Part shown: piece after piece, positions 35,467 through 46,054 of the stretch
Position numbering within the stretch: position 1 is the stretch's first letter
How the letters are laid out: the number at the start of each line of letters is the position of its first letter
Source: Pachysolen tannophilus NRRL Y-2460
Taxonomy: Eukaryota
Length of the DNA: 64,000 nucleotides
Assembly: GCA_001661245.1 (NCBI GenBank)
Contig: KV454011.1
Coordinates: 1,558,834 to 1,622,833 of the forward strand
Reading direction: 5' to 3'
The notes under the pieces: generated by a model
What the model was told of the DNA's origin: nothing
Seen by the model: the letters and a program-made list of their open reading frames with translations, nothing else
The model's database searches: none
Translations under genes and position numbers: made by a program

Positions 35467-36822
35467 TCATAAAGACATTTTTTCTAAATCATCAGAAGCG
35501 GATTGCATTAATTTTGAATTTCTTCTGCTGAAAATTCCTGAAGTAGCTACTCCTAATACGGGACTTGTAGTTGCAACAATTCTCCTTTTCAGATTACTAC
35601 TAGGACTGGTATAACTATCTGAATCCTCATCCATTGATTTTCTTTTCCTAAAAGTATCATTATTATTCGTTGATGATACAGATTCAGCTAATCTCTTAGT
35701 ACCACCTATATTCTTGGTGGCAGAACCGGAATTGCTACTCGAAGGAGATTCCATCCAGTCTGAGTCTGTACTATTTGAAATTTTATTATCAAATTTACCA
35801 TTAATATTTGTACTAATTACATTTTTCTTATTACTCCATTGCTTATTTACTCTGTTTATTAATTCATATTTTTTCATATTTTCTTCATTTTGTAAAAGCG
35901 AACTATTCTGTAAGAAACAAGTAGACCTGCTACCGTTACCATTACTATTATTAATGCTATTATTGGTTATATTACCATCGTTCAAAAGCATCTCTTCATC
36001 TTTTAAAGCAAATGTAACTGCAAATTCATGATTAATTTCCAGTTCTAACGGCATATTCTCAGCTTGTAAATCATTTGTCAATCTATTAAATGCCTTTGGT
36101 TTAAGTTTTAAAGATGATTTTGATAATTTTTTCAAGAATATACTAGGGGATTTCTTCTTTGTAGTCTTACTCTTTCCAGGAGTTTTCATCGCTTCCAATG
36201 TACCATACTGCCCATTGTTATTAGATCCTTTAACCCCACCATACCCTCCTATAGGAAATGCCAGTGGCAACTGTAGTGAAGGTGTAGTCACCGGAGAAGG
36301 CGAGTTTATTGGAGTAAAATCATTACCGTTTATATTAGCAAAATCCATTCCAAACATCTCTTCAAAACTTTTCCTATTAAATGCTCTATCATCGTTGCTC
36401 ATACTTTTCCTAAACCCATCAGTACTGCTACTCCCACTATTGTTGCCGCTGTTATTAGCACTTGCCCCAATCTTATGATTCCTAATATAGCTAATATCCT
36501 GGTCTGGTATCACTTCTTCTTCCGACTCGCTACTACTTATACAAATATTACCATCATTACTTTGATAGTCATTAAATGATGTATCCGTGTTACTATTGTT
36601 GGCCGTCTTAAATCTTGAATTTTCCACTATCCCCAACGACGAAATACTAGACGAATGAGCAGCTGATGAGGGCGAACTTGTTAATGATTTCTTCCGGTTA
36701 TTATCATTTGCAAAATTTATTGGTTTTGAATGTGTTAACAGCAAACTACTACTTACAGCACTACTGCTGCTATTACTATTGATATTACTATGATTATTAC
36801 TATTGATACCTGATTTCTTCAT
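35467..36822 (-). CDS. Ser/Asn-rich hypothetical protein
   Basis: Long ORF, mostly low-complexity with several SP/TP sites and one helical patch ('KAFNRLTNDLQAENMPLELEINHE'). First ATG at 36822. Confidence 0.6.
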   Translation of the reverse strand: MKKSGINSNNHSNINSNSSSSAVSSSLLLTHSKPINFANDNNRKKSLTSSPSSAAHSSSISSLGIVENSRFKTANNSNTDTSFNDYQSNDGNICISSSESEEEVIPDQDISYIRNHKIGASANNSGNNSGSSSTDGFRKSMSNDDRAFNRKSFEEMFGMDFANINGNDFTPINSPSPVTTPSLQLPLAFPIGGYGGVKGSNNNGQYGTLEAMKTPGKSKTTKKKSPSIFLKKLSKSSLKLKPKAFNRLTNDLQAENMPLELEINHEFAVTFALKDEEMLLNDGNITNNSINNSNGNGSRSTCFLQNSSLLQNEENMKKYELINRVNKQWSNKKNVISTNINGKFDNKISNSTDSDWMESPSSSNSGSATKNIGGTKRLAESVSSTNNNDTFRKRKSMDEDSDSYTSPSSNLKRRIVATTSPVLGVATSGIFSRRNSKLMQSASDDLEKMSL

Positions 36823-37048
36823 CCACGTCAAAGTAAAAACTCTTATCTATTCCTTCAACGTTTTATTTTCCGCTTAAACCTTTAAGCGCCATTGAATAAA
36901 TATATATTTAAATTTAAATATTTTTAAATATATTTTTTTTTCTTTTAGGTAAAGAATTCTGCATGTCTGTTTTCTTCAATTTCAAATTGTTATTCTATTT
37001 AAAAGAGTGAAAGAAACAAGAATAAATACACGAGAAGAGAAGAAAAAA

Positions 37049-38503
37049 ATGCCTCGAAACGCTCAGGAAATTTCTTCGTTGAATAGTGCTAATAATATGA
37101 TTGAAATACCGAGACATAATCTTGGTAATTCGAAGGCTAAGGTTACATTTGTTATTTTACTTTTCATAACGTCATTATTATCATTTGTTGCTCAGACTGA
37201 ATTAACGGCATATGTTTATTCTTTAGGTTATAATGAACCTTTTATTTTACTTTATGTTACTCATGGTTCATGGTGGATCATTTGGCCTTTACATGTTATA
37301 GTAATTGGTTTATTTAAAACCTTTAAAAAATATAAAAGGTATAAATATTATATTGGATTATCTCAAATTGTTGATGAAGGTTATCAATTAAATGAATATC
37401 AAGCACGTAGAAATGCTAATGCAACGAATAATATGAAAGTTTGGAAAGGTTTTTTCAAAACTTTTAAAAGCAGTGCTGTAAATCAACATAGAAATATTTA
37501 TCATACTTCTGAGATAGTTTATGAATTAAACAATGTGGAATATTTTATAGATTCAAATAATATTCCAAGAAATTTCAAATCTTTTATTACATCATCTCCA
37601 ATGAAATATATGTTTCGATCCACTTTTTTAATAATGCTTTTATTAACAATGGCAGGTTCATCATGGTATGTTGCTTTAACTTTATCCACAGGATCAGATG
37701 TAACTGCTATTTATAATTGTTCTGCGTTTGCAGCTTATGCATTTGCAGTACCATTTCTTAATGAAAGATTTTCATGGATGAAATTTTCTAGTGTTGTTGT
37801 TGCCATTGGAGGTGTTTTCATTGTTGCTTATGGAGGCGGGAAAAACAGTAGCAGCAGTAGTACAAACAACACCGTTGATACTGCTTCTTCCACTACCACT
37901 TCCACTACACAACAGGCCAACCAGTACCCATATAGAATCTTGGGGAACTTGATCATCTTGGCAGGAGCAGTTCTCTATGGTTTATATGAGGTTGTTTACA
38001 AGAAATTCCTTTGTCCTCCAGCAGATTCTGTGAGTTCTAGACGTCAAGCATCTTTTTCTACTTTTTCCATGTCACTTATTGGATTTCATACGGCCCTGTT
38101 TGTTTGGATCCCAATATTCTTGGTCCACATTTTTAACCTTCACCAATTCACATTCCCATCTTCAAATCATATAAGGTGTTTAATATTTGGTTCTGTCCTG
38201 TGTAATGTGATATTTAGTGTCTCTTTCTTACTGTTGATTTCATTAACTTCCCCAGTCTTATCATCTGTGGCTTCCTTGGTAACTATTTTCTTTGTTGGAA
38301 TCACAGAATGGCTAATCTTTGGAGTAAAGATGACTAAATGGCAGGTAGTAGGCAATTTGGTGGTCATTATAGGCTTTGCCGTATTAACCTACGCTAGTTG
38401 GAGTGAAATTAGTCAAGAAGATACAGAAGATACAAGTAATGACACCACTGACGAAGCTGCCTCAGTATATTCCTCCACCACAGGTGAAACTGGAGGCAGA
38501 TGA
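37049..38503 (+). CDS. DMT/EamA (SLC35F-like) multi-pass transporter
   Basis: About 10 hydrophobic segments; 'SFVAQTE', 'SDVTAIYNCSAFAAYAFAVP', 'LYGLYEV', 'LTSPVLSSV'. Confidence 0.75.
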   Translation: MPRNAQEISSLNSANNMIEIPRHNLGNSKAKVTFVILLFITSLLSFVAQTELTAYVYSLGYNEPFILLYVTHGSWWIIWPLHVIVIGLFKTFKKYKRYKYYIGLSQIVDEGYQLNEYQARRNANATNNMKVWKGFFKTFKSSAVNQHRNIYHTSEIVYELNNVEYFIDSNNIPRNFKSFITSSPMKYMFRSTFLIMLLLTMAGSSWYVALTLSTGSDVTAIYNCSAFAAYAFAVPFLNERFSWMKFSSVVVAIGGVFIVAYGGGKNSSSSSTNNTVDTASSTTTSTTQQANQYPYRILGNLIILAGAVLYGLYEVVYKKFLCPPADSVSSRRQASFSTFSMSLIGFHTALFVWIPIFLVHIFNLHQFTFPSSNHIRCLIFGSVLCNVIFSVSFLLLISLTSPVLSSVASLVTIFFVGITEWLIFGVKMTKWQVVGNLVVIIGFAVLTYASWSEISQEDTEDTSNDTTDEAASVYSSTTGETGGR

Positions 38504-38818
38504 AAACTAGATCTAGCTAAACCCAAGACACACACTGTTTTTTTTTTTTACATTTATTATTATCTTTTTTTCTTGTTTTGTTTCTTGCTGGTCAATATCA
38601 ATCAATGTAAAAATTACAAAAACCGTTGTTATGTTTAAATACAAATTCAACTCTTTTCATGGTTTGGACGGGTCACTAAAAATTCGAATTTTTGGATGAA
38701 AAAAAAAAGGTGAAAAAAAGGTGAAAAAAAAAATTATATAAAAATATATATAATATATATATAAATATTTAAAGGTTTATTTAAATAAATAGAAGAAGAA
38801 AGAAGTTAGAGAGGTTAG

Positions 38819-38874
38819 TAGAGTATAGTATAGTATAGTATAGTATAGAAGAGAAGAGAAGAGAAGAGAAGAAA
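38819..38874 (+). repeat. Compound pentanucleotide microsatellite (TAGTA)n/(GAAGA)n just upstream of MRPL22
   Basis: agtat repeats followed by agaag repeats immediately before the ATG. Confidence 0.7.
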
Positions 38875-38876
38875 AG

Positions 38877-39845
38877 ATGAATAGAGTATCTATGTATATG
38901 GCATCTTCAGCAGTTAGACTAGCGAGCGTGCCGGTTAATAGACGGTTTCTGGTTGTGTCTATAAAGTCAAAATCATTTCATACTAGTTATTTAAGTTTTG
39001 ATTCGAATTCATCATCATTGTTTGGGAATATCACCAAGTCGACATTTGAAAGAAAAGCAGAGCCAGAGAGAAATGTTAGTTTGAATGTGAATAGTGCAGA
39101 GACTGGTGTTGATCATGGTGTTGACCGTGGTTCTTCTGATGAAACAACTACTATTGAATATGTAGATCCAAAAGATGATGGGAAATTACAAGAATTTTTA
39201 CATAAGAAACCAGTAGTTGCTATTGATAAGTTACTTTCTCCTTTAAAGAAGAAGATTTATTTGAAAAATGTTGGTAAAAATGGGTTTTTCAAAAATAATG
39301 ATGAAGTTATCTTAGAAGATAATACTAAATATCGTCTTCGATTAACATATGATGAAATTGAAGCTTTAGAACCTTCAATATATTTAAAATCTTATAGAAT
39401 CAAATCTTCAATGAAAAAGCTGATGGTTATGTTGAGATTACTTAGACATAATATGGAGTTAAAAACTGCGATTACTCAATGTCAATTTATGAATAATAAA
39501 AAAAAAATTGCTCATGAAGTTTATAATTTATTATCTCGTGGACTTGAACAATCTGAAAAATTAGGTTATCAAGGTTCAAAATTATATATTTCACAAATTT
39601 GGACAGGATCAGATGGTTATTGGTCAAAGAGAATTGAATGTAAAGGAAGAGGAAGAAATGGGTTAATTAGACATAGATATGTACATATTAAATGTATTGT
39701 AAAAACAGATCAAACTTTGAAAAGATTGGCATATGAAAAGGAACAAAAATTGAAGAAAAAAATTGAAGATGGTTCTAAAATTGATAATATGAGTTTGAAA
39801 AACCAGCCAATTAGATCTCAACCAAGTGGTTTTTACAAATGGTGA
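38877..39845 (+). CDS. MRPL22: Mitochondrial ribosomal protein uL22m
   Basis: Presequence; 'EIEALEPSIYLKSYRIKSSMKK', 'LYISQIWTGSDG', 'KGRGRNGLIRH'. Adjacent to RPS3, as in other yeasts. Confidence 0.9.
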   Translation: MNRVSMYMASSAVRLASVPVNRRFLVVSIKSKSFHTSYLSFDSNSSSLFGNITKSTFERKAEPERNVSLNVNSAETGVDHGVDRGSSDETTTIEYVDPKDDGKLQEFLHKKPVVAIDKLLSPLKKKIYLKNVGKNGFFKNNDEVILEDNTKYRLRLTYDEIEALEPSIYLKSYRIKSSMKKLMVMLRLLRHNMELKTAITQCQFMNNKKKIAHEVYNLLSRGLEQSEKLGYQGSKLYISQIWTGSDGYWSKRIECKGRGRNGLIRHRYVHIKCIVKTDQTLKRLAYEKEQKLKKKIEDGSKIDNMSLKNQPIRSQPSGFYKW

Positions 39846-40007
39846 AACGTATAATTGAATAATTAAATCATGTAAATAAATAAAATTTGTTTATAGTTTA
39901 TGTTAAAAGTTAAAAAAATAAAAAAAAAAAGAATAAATAAATAAATAAATAAATAAATAAATTAAATAAATAAAATAAAATAAATAAATTTGGGATTAGT
40001 TTAAATT

Positions 40008-40364
40008 TCAATCATCATAACCTTTTAAATTCTTATCTCTTGCTCTTCGTGGGATGGGATACCCATTGACTGGCAATGGTACATGATCCTCGTACAAAAA
40101 TTTCCTTCTAACAGGAGTTACCACAAAGATGAAAACAGGACCAAGAGCAGCAATTGCCGTTGCATAGAAAACATAAGGACGAGTATGAGCATGATAACTC
40201 AACCACTAAAATTAATTAAATGAAAAGTAATTTGTTAGTTTCAAAAATCAACTAAAGTTTTTTTTTCTTGGCTTTTGGCTTTTGGCCTCACCAGAATTTA
40301 TATATATTTAACATACCCTAAATGGTTGTTTATAGTAAACAGGATAATCACCCAATGATGACAT
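40008..40364 (-). CDS. NADH:ubiquinone oxidoreductase 9.5-kDa accessory subunit (NI9M/NDUFA3-like), 2 exons, 81 aa
   Basis: Exon 1 40364-40317 (MSSLGDYPVYYKQPFR); intron 40316-40206 (GTATGT...AACTAAC...TAG); exon 2 40205-40008 (WLSYHAHTRP...GPVF...YPIPRRARDKNLKGYDD). Confidence 0.82.
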
Positions 40365-40733
40365 GTGACGTTTATTGATTAACAATGAAATACTTAACGA
40401 TAAATTTGAATTTAATTGAATATAATATAATATAAATTATCTTTTATTTAATATTGAGGTTTAAATTTTTTCTATAAAATTATTTTTTATTTTTTAAATG
40501 TGTGTTTTTCACTACAAAACGATTTCTTCCCGCTAAATGAAAAGATAGCATAGAATAGAACTTGGTTTAGATAAACATATATTTGAGCTAAATAATAAAA
40601 GTAAGATTAGATTGGATTCCACATCAAGGAGAGGAGATTAAAAAATAAGTTAAATTAAATTAAAGAATGAATAAAAGACTGTTTAATTTTTTTTTTTTTG
40701 TTTGTCTCATTTTTGAAAAAAAAATAAAACAAT

Positions 40734-41384
40734 TCAGGTTTTCTTTATACTTTTTTTACCACTAGAAGTTTTTTCACGAACTTCACTTCCACTTGCCTTT
40801 GCACTATCAACACCACTTTCTTTATCTTGTTGTTCTTGTTTTTTAGCCTTTTCCTTTGCTTCATCTTCATAAAATTTCTTTAACAGTCTTTCATTTTCCC
40901 AATTTGCATAGTATAATCCACCTTGTAAAACCAAGACTCCAACCAATACAAACACAATCATTGTTTGACTAGCAGCAATGACGTTTATACCTGTCTTTTC
41001 ATCCACATCACCCCATTGTCTCAGAATTGCACTTTGGATTCCAATTCTAATATTGGTTAAATAAACAACAACAGCAACCATGTATAAAAATAACGTACCA
41101 TATTCAAATAATTTTGTTTCTTCAGATGGTTTATAAATCTTGATAAAACAACCAATGAAACCTATACCAAGAACTGCATGGAAAGTGTGCACAATGAAAA
41201 GAGGTGATGAACCTAAAGTCTGATAATGTTGTAATGAATTCAGGAAAGTTTTATCTGTTGGTAAGATCTTTGAGTATAAAGTTGAATAATCATATGGCCA
41301 ATTCGAAAAGATAACACCAAGAGCAAACGATGTAGCTGCAACAATAAGAGTGGTGCCTACCGGCACAATGTCTTTATAAGCCAT
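40734..41384 (-). CDS. SHR3: ER chaperone for amino-acid permeases
   Basis: 'ATSFALGVIFSNWPYDY', 'IKIYKPSEETKLFEYGTLFLY', 'WGDVDEKTGINVIAASQ', lysine-rich tail. Confidence 0.9.
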   Translation of the reverse strand: MAYKDIVPVGTTLIVAATSFALGVIFSNWPYDYSTLYSKILPTDKTFLNSLQHYQTLGSSPLFIVHTFHAVLGIGFIGCFIKIYKPSEETKLFEYGTLFLYMVAVVVYLTNIRIGIQSAILRQWGDVDEKTGINVIAASQTMIVFVLVGVLVLQGGLYYANWENERLLKKFYEDEAKEKAKKQEQQDKESGVDSAKASGSEVREKTSSGKKSIKKT

Positions 41385-41653
41385 TCTAAGATAAAAATAT
41401 AATATATTAAAAGATAATAATAATAAAAATAATAATAATAATTAGATAACAGACTAATTTGTTTATATTTTTTTTTTTTTTTTTTTTTTTTCAACGTCGT
41501 TTTACAGATTAGTTAGTAAAAGTAACCAAAAAAAAATCGAAAAATTTACTTTTTTATTTTTTACAATGAATTTCGTTCGTTAATTTTTTATTATATATAT
41601 ATATATATAAAAAAGAATAATCAAGAAACAATTGGGGAAAAAAAAGAATTAAC

Positions 41654-42382
41654 TTAAGCTTGGACAGCTTCTTCTTCAACTTCTTCAGCGGTAGCAGAAG
41701 GTTTGTAATCTTTAGCGTATGGGGCTGGAACTTCTTCATCTTCCTTTGGTTCAATAACTCTAACGGAATCTGGTAAAGATTTTGGACCAACTCTGCTTGT
41801 AGCTGGGTCTCTCATAATCTTGACCTTAATACCCAAGACACCTTGTTTCATCAAAACATGTCTAGTGGCAGTATCAATGAAATCTCTTGTTGGTTGACCA
41901 GAATGGATCATGAAACCATCAGCAAATTTCATTGATTTAGCTCTAGCAGCTCTCAACTTACCTGAAATGACAACTTCAACACCTTTAGCACCAGATTCCA
42001 TAACGAATCTAACAACACCATAAGCAGCTCTTCTAATAGCTAAACCATTTAATAATTTATATCTTAAAGATTCACATTGAGCAACAGCAGATAAACCACG
42101 GTCTTGAACTCTTTCAGCGTACAAGACAATAGAACCCGGTTGGAACTTGAATCTTTTTTGGATCAAGGAAGTAAGTTCCTTAATTCTTCTACCATTTTCA
42201 CCTAAAACAGCTTGAGTATGAGTAGCTCTAATAATAACTTCAGTTTTAGAAGGAGTAATTCTAACTTCAACACCAGAGTAACCTTCTTCAGCAAGTTCTC
42301 TTGTGAAGAATTCATTCAACTCGGCGTAAAAGACACCGTCAGCTACGAGCTTTCTCTTTTTGGAAATAATAGTGGCAACCAT
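41654..42382 (-). CDS. RPS3: 40S ribosomal protein uS3
   Basis: '[41 protein letters not shown]', '[14 protein letters not shown]'. Strongly biased codon usage. Confidence 0.97.
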   Translation of the reverse strand: MVATIISKKRKLVADGVFYAELNEFFTRELAEEGYSGVEVRITPSKTEVIIRATHTQAVLGENGRRIKELTSLIQKRFKFQPGSIVLYAERVQDRGLSAVAQCESLRYKLLNGLAIRRAAYGVVRFVMESGAKGVEVVISGKLRAARAKSMKFADGFMIHSGQPTRDFIDTATRHVLMKQGVLGIKVKIMRDPATSRVGPKSLPDSVRVIEPKEDEEVPAPYAKDYKPSATAEEVEEEAVQA

Positions 42383-43013
42383 TTTTAACAATCAGTAAAT
42401 TATAATTATAAATTAATAATGTGAACTTATAATAATTATAATAATAATAATAATAATGATAAAATATTTCATATATTCTTTCTTGGTTAGAAAAGTGAAA
42501 AATTTTTTTTTTCATTCCAACTCAAAATCTATTTGCCCGAAACACGCAAAAATGTGTTTGGCAGAATTGTCGGTCGTGTGCGTGGGAAAACAAAAAATCA
42601 AAAGGACGGGTAACGTGGAAGGTATCCGAAAAAAAAAAAAGAACCCCAAAACAATTTAAAGCCCCTTTTGTATTTTAAAAACCCTCACTCTAGGGGCTAT
42701 ATTACGTTATTCTTTAAGTAAGTATAGTTACGTGTCATTAATGGCGGACTAAATTAAAATCTCATGTCACATTAACATGACATGCTGTTATTAGTTCTGT
42801 CGTTATTTGTAGTTGTCGTCGTTTAGAAACGTCGTGTGGGCGCCAACCAATTATTTTTATTGCAAACAAAATAAAATCATTCGATAGATACAAAGCGGTT
42901 ACCGTGCTTGTACGCCTTGTATTGGTCAAATCTTGAATCCATATCTATATAATAAAACTAATAGTAATAGTAATAGTACTAGTAATGATTGGTAATTGTA
43001 GTATCTGTAGTGG

Positions 43014-43070
43014 TATTAGTATTAGTAGTAGTAGTATTAGTAGTAGTAGTATTAGTAGTAGTATTATTAC
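43014..43070 (+). repeat. (TAG/TAT)n microsatellite in the RPS3-RAC1 intergenic region
   Basis: tattagtattagtagtagtagtattagtagtagtag... Confidence 0.7.
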
Positions 43071-43364
43071 TTCTAGGTGTATTTGTAGTGCTTGTTTCTC
43101 TGAATCTGTTGTTTTCTTGTCCTTTTATTTATATATATGAGAAAAAAAAAAGGTGATAGAATTTCATAGTGGAAATAAAAAAGGCTGGGAAACAAATGTT
43201 TATTTCATACATAAACATATAACAATAATATATATTTTTATAATTATAAACTAATACATATATTTTTTACTACAATTTAGTTTTGCTTCTTCTGGTTTCC
43301 AAAATTAATTGAGTATATATATATATATATATTTATATATAAATAAATATAAATATATTCTACA

Positions 43365-43433
43365 ATGAGAAGTATTAAATGTGTTGTTGTCGGTGACGGG
43401 TATGTACATATTATATTATATTATACTATATTG

Positions 43434-43464
<31 letters not shown>

Positions 43465-44487
43465 ATGTGCACATAATTCAAATTGCAAAAGTACCTCAAT
43501 ATACTAACAAAGACTATATGATGATTTTTATAAAATAGAGCTGTTGGTAAGACTTGTTTATTGATCAGTTATACTACAAACAGTTTTCCTCATGATTATA
43601 TTCCAACTGTGTAAGTTTTATTTTGTTTTTTTGTTTTTTTGTTTTTTCTTCTTCTTTTTCTCTCCTTTCCCTTTCCTTCCTCCTCATGAGCCGCCCGCCG
43701 CCCAAGATAAGAAAGAAAAAACATGAAAATCTCCCCTGAAAAATTAATTTTTTCATCCTTACTAACAAATTTGAATTTTTTTTTTTTTTTTTATTAAATC
43801 AGTTTCGATAATTATTCTGCAAATGTTATGGTTGATAACCAACCGATAAAGTTGGGTTTATGGGATACTGCAGGTCAAGAAGAATATGATAGATTAAGAC
43901 CACTTTCTTATCCACAAACAGAAATTTTTATAGTTTGCTTTTCAGTAGTGGAGCCAACTTCTTTTCAAAATATTAAAAATAAATGGATTCCAGAGATAAG
44001 ACATCATTCAACTAAAGATATTCTTATATTATTGGTTGGAACAAAGATAGATCTTAGAGATGATCCTCATACTTTAGATAATTTACAAGAAATGGGTCAA
44101 CTGCCAATATCTGAAGCTCAGGGGAAAAAATTGGCAAAAGAATTAGATTGTATTGAATATTTAGAATGTTCAGCAGCTACAAGACAAGGTGTTGAAAATG
44201 TCTTTGACTATGCAATTAAAGCTGTCTTAAACCCACCAAATAGTAGTGGAAATGGTGGTGTTGTCGGTAACGGCACTACCGGTGCTGGTACTCTGAATGG
44301 AGGAACGGGTGTTGTTGATGGTATTGGGGAAAGTGGACATAACACAGGCGAAAACGAAAAAAATAATGGTGTTGCTAATGGATCTGGAGGAAATGCATTA
44401 AGAGGTTCATCAAGAGCAAATAATACAGCAAATGGAAGTCTAGGTAAAAAGAAGCCTAGAAAAGTTAAAAAATGTGTTATTCTCTGA
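43365..44487 (+). CDS. RAC1: Rac1/Rho5-family small GTPase, 3 exons, 263 aa
   Basis: Exons 43365-43399, 43539-43610 and 43803-44487 splice to [47 protein letters not shown]...[20 protein letters not shown], ending in the CAAX box CVIL. Confidence 0.9.
43400..43538 (+). other. Spliceosomal intron 1 of RAC1/RHO5
   Basis: GTATGT donor, TACTAAC at 43502, TAG acceptor; splicing restores the GDGAVGKT P-loop. Confidence 0.9.
43611..43802 (+). other. Spliceosomal intron 2 of RAC1/RHO5
   Basis: GTAAGT donor, TACTAAC at 43760, poly-T, CAG acceptor; splicing restores the PTVFDNY effector loop. Confidence 0.9.
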
Positions 44488-44988
44488 TAAACCAACCTTT
44501 TTTTTTCCCCTGAATTTTGAAATGTTTATCTTTCTTTCCCGGTGTTGTGTGCTGTTGTAAGTCAGCTGTTTTCATAGATGCTTAATTTTTTGAATTTTTG
44601 AATAAAAAAAAAAGAAAAAAAAAAAAGAAAAACAAACAATAATTACAAAAGATGTTTTTTAAAAATAAAAAAAAAAATAATAAAATTAATTATAAAATGA
44701 TTGATTCTCGAAGTTGTTAACTAATTGTCAAGTTTTTTCTTTAATCGTTGCCATTCCCGTCCTGCTATTATGCTTTTTTTTTTATTAATCATTCCTTTTT
44801 TTTATTAATTAATCAATGCTGGCAATTCTTTTTATTTTGGGCAAGAAAAATTAAGTAAAACTTATCTAAAAAAAATAAAAAAAAAAAAAAAAAAAAATTT
44901 TAATTTAATTTAATTTAATTTTAATAATATATATATATAATTTCTTGCTTGATACACATATATACATAATTATATTTAGTATTAAGCC

Positions 44989-45714
44989 TTATTTAATAAA
45001 CTTTGCTCTTGAAGGATGAACATTATTTGAACCAAGTGTAATTTGTTCTTTTGAAGTTTCTTCGCCATTTCCTGTTTCTTGATTTTTTTCCTTTTTATCT
45101 CTTTTCTTATTTTCCTCAGTTATAATTTTATTTCTTCTTTCGATTAATAATTTTTCATTTTTTAACTTAATTTTTTCTAATCTATTCTCTGAATTTCCAC
45201 CTCCTCCAACAGTTAATTCAACATTTATCTTCCTATTTCTTAATAGAGAATGATGCATAGCAAGTGCAATATCAATTTTTTTCCTAATATCATCATTAGT
45301 ACTATAAAATTCCATAAACGCTATTCCTTTCTCCAGTCTAAGTCTTATCCTATCTGGTTTTGATTTTTGAAAATGTTTCATAAGTTCATCATTGGTAACA
45401 TCATATGGTAAATTCCCAATAAATAAAATAAATCTAGGCCCACCACCAGATTGCAGTGCAAGTCCTTTCCCCTTCTTACCTCTACGAGTCTTACGTTTTT
45501 TCGGTAAAACTTCTCCTAAACCATCCTTGGTCTCTTTAAATTTCTCTTTTTTTTGAAGTTGATCATTTGTTGTATCTATTATATGTCCTTCATGGTTAAT
45601 CGGTACCTCATCTCCGTCTTCAATATCAGTAGATTTTTTAGATTTCTTTGTACGAAAATCCAACGCTTTTTTCTGTTTCTTGGTTAATTTCTTTATAGAA
45701 TCTCCTCCTCCCAT
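44989..45714 (-). CDS. NOP6: Nucleolar RRM protein for 40S biogenesis
   Basis: 'RFILFIGNLPYD', 'KGIAFMEF', 'RKINVELTVGGGGNSENRLEKIK', C-terminal 'VHPSRAK'. Confidence 0.85.
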   Translation of the reverse strand: MGGGDSIKKLTKKQKKALDFRTKKSKKSTDIEDGDEVPINHEGHIIDTTNDQLQKKEKFKETKDGLGEVLPKKRKTRRGKKGKGLALQSGGGPRFILFIGNLPYDVTNDELMKHFQKSKPDRIRLRLEKGIAFMEFYSTNDDIRKKIDIALAMHHSLLRNRKINVELTVGGGGNSENRLEKIKLKNEKLLIERRNKIITEENKKRDKKEKNQETGNGEETSKEQITLGSNNVHPSRAKFIK

Positions 45715-46054
45715 TATCAAGAATTATATATTAAAGGTCAAATGATAGAATTTCACTTCTATATCATATATATATATAAAAATAAAAAGTTATATTACTC
45801 AACAACACCTATAAAATAAAAATAAAAAAAAGCAAAAAATTGTTTAAAAAAAAAAAATTTTTTTTTTCACTTCTTCTGCATAAAAATCTCAAATGTGAAA
45901 AAAAAAAGAAAAAGAAGAAGAGTAACAACGACAACAAAAATAAGAGATAACAAAAAAAACAGAAACTCAGAAGTGCAAGTGTGATTCTAATTGAGTAACC
46001 GTAATTATAAAAAATCGTTTCATGGAGTTATTTTTTTTTTTTTTTTTTGGTTGT

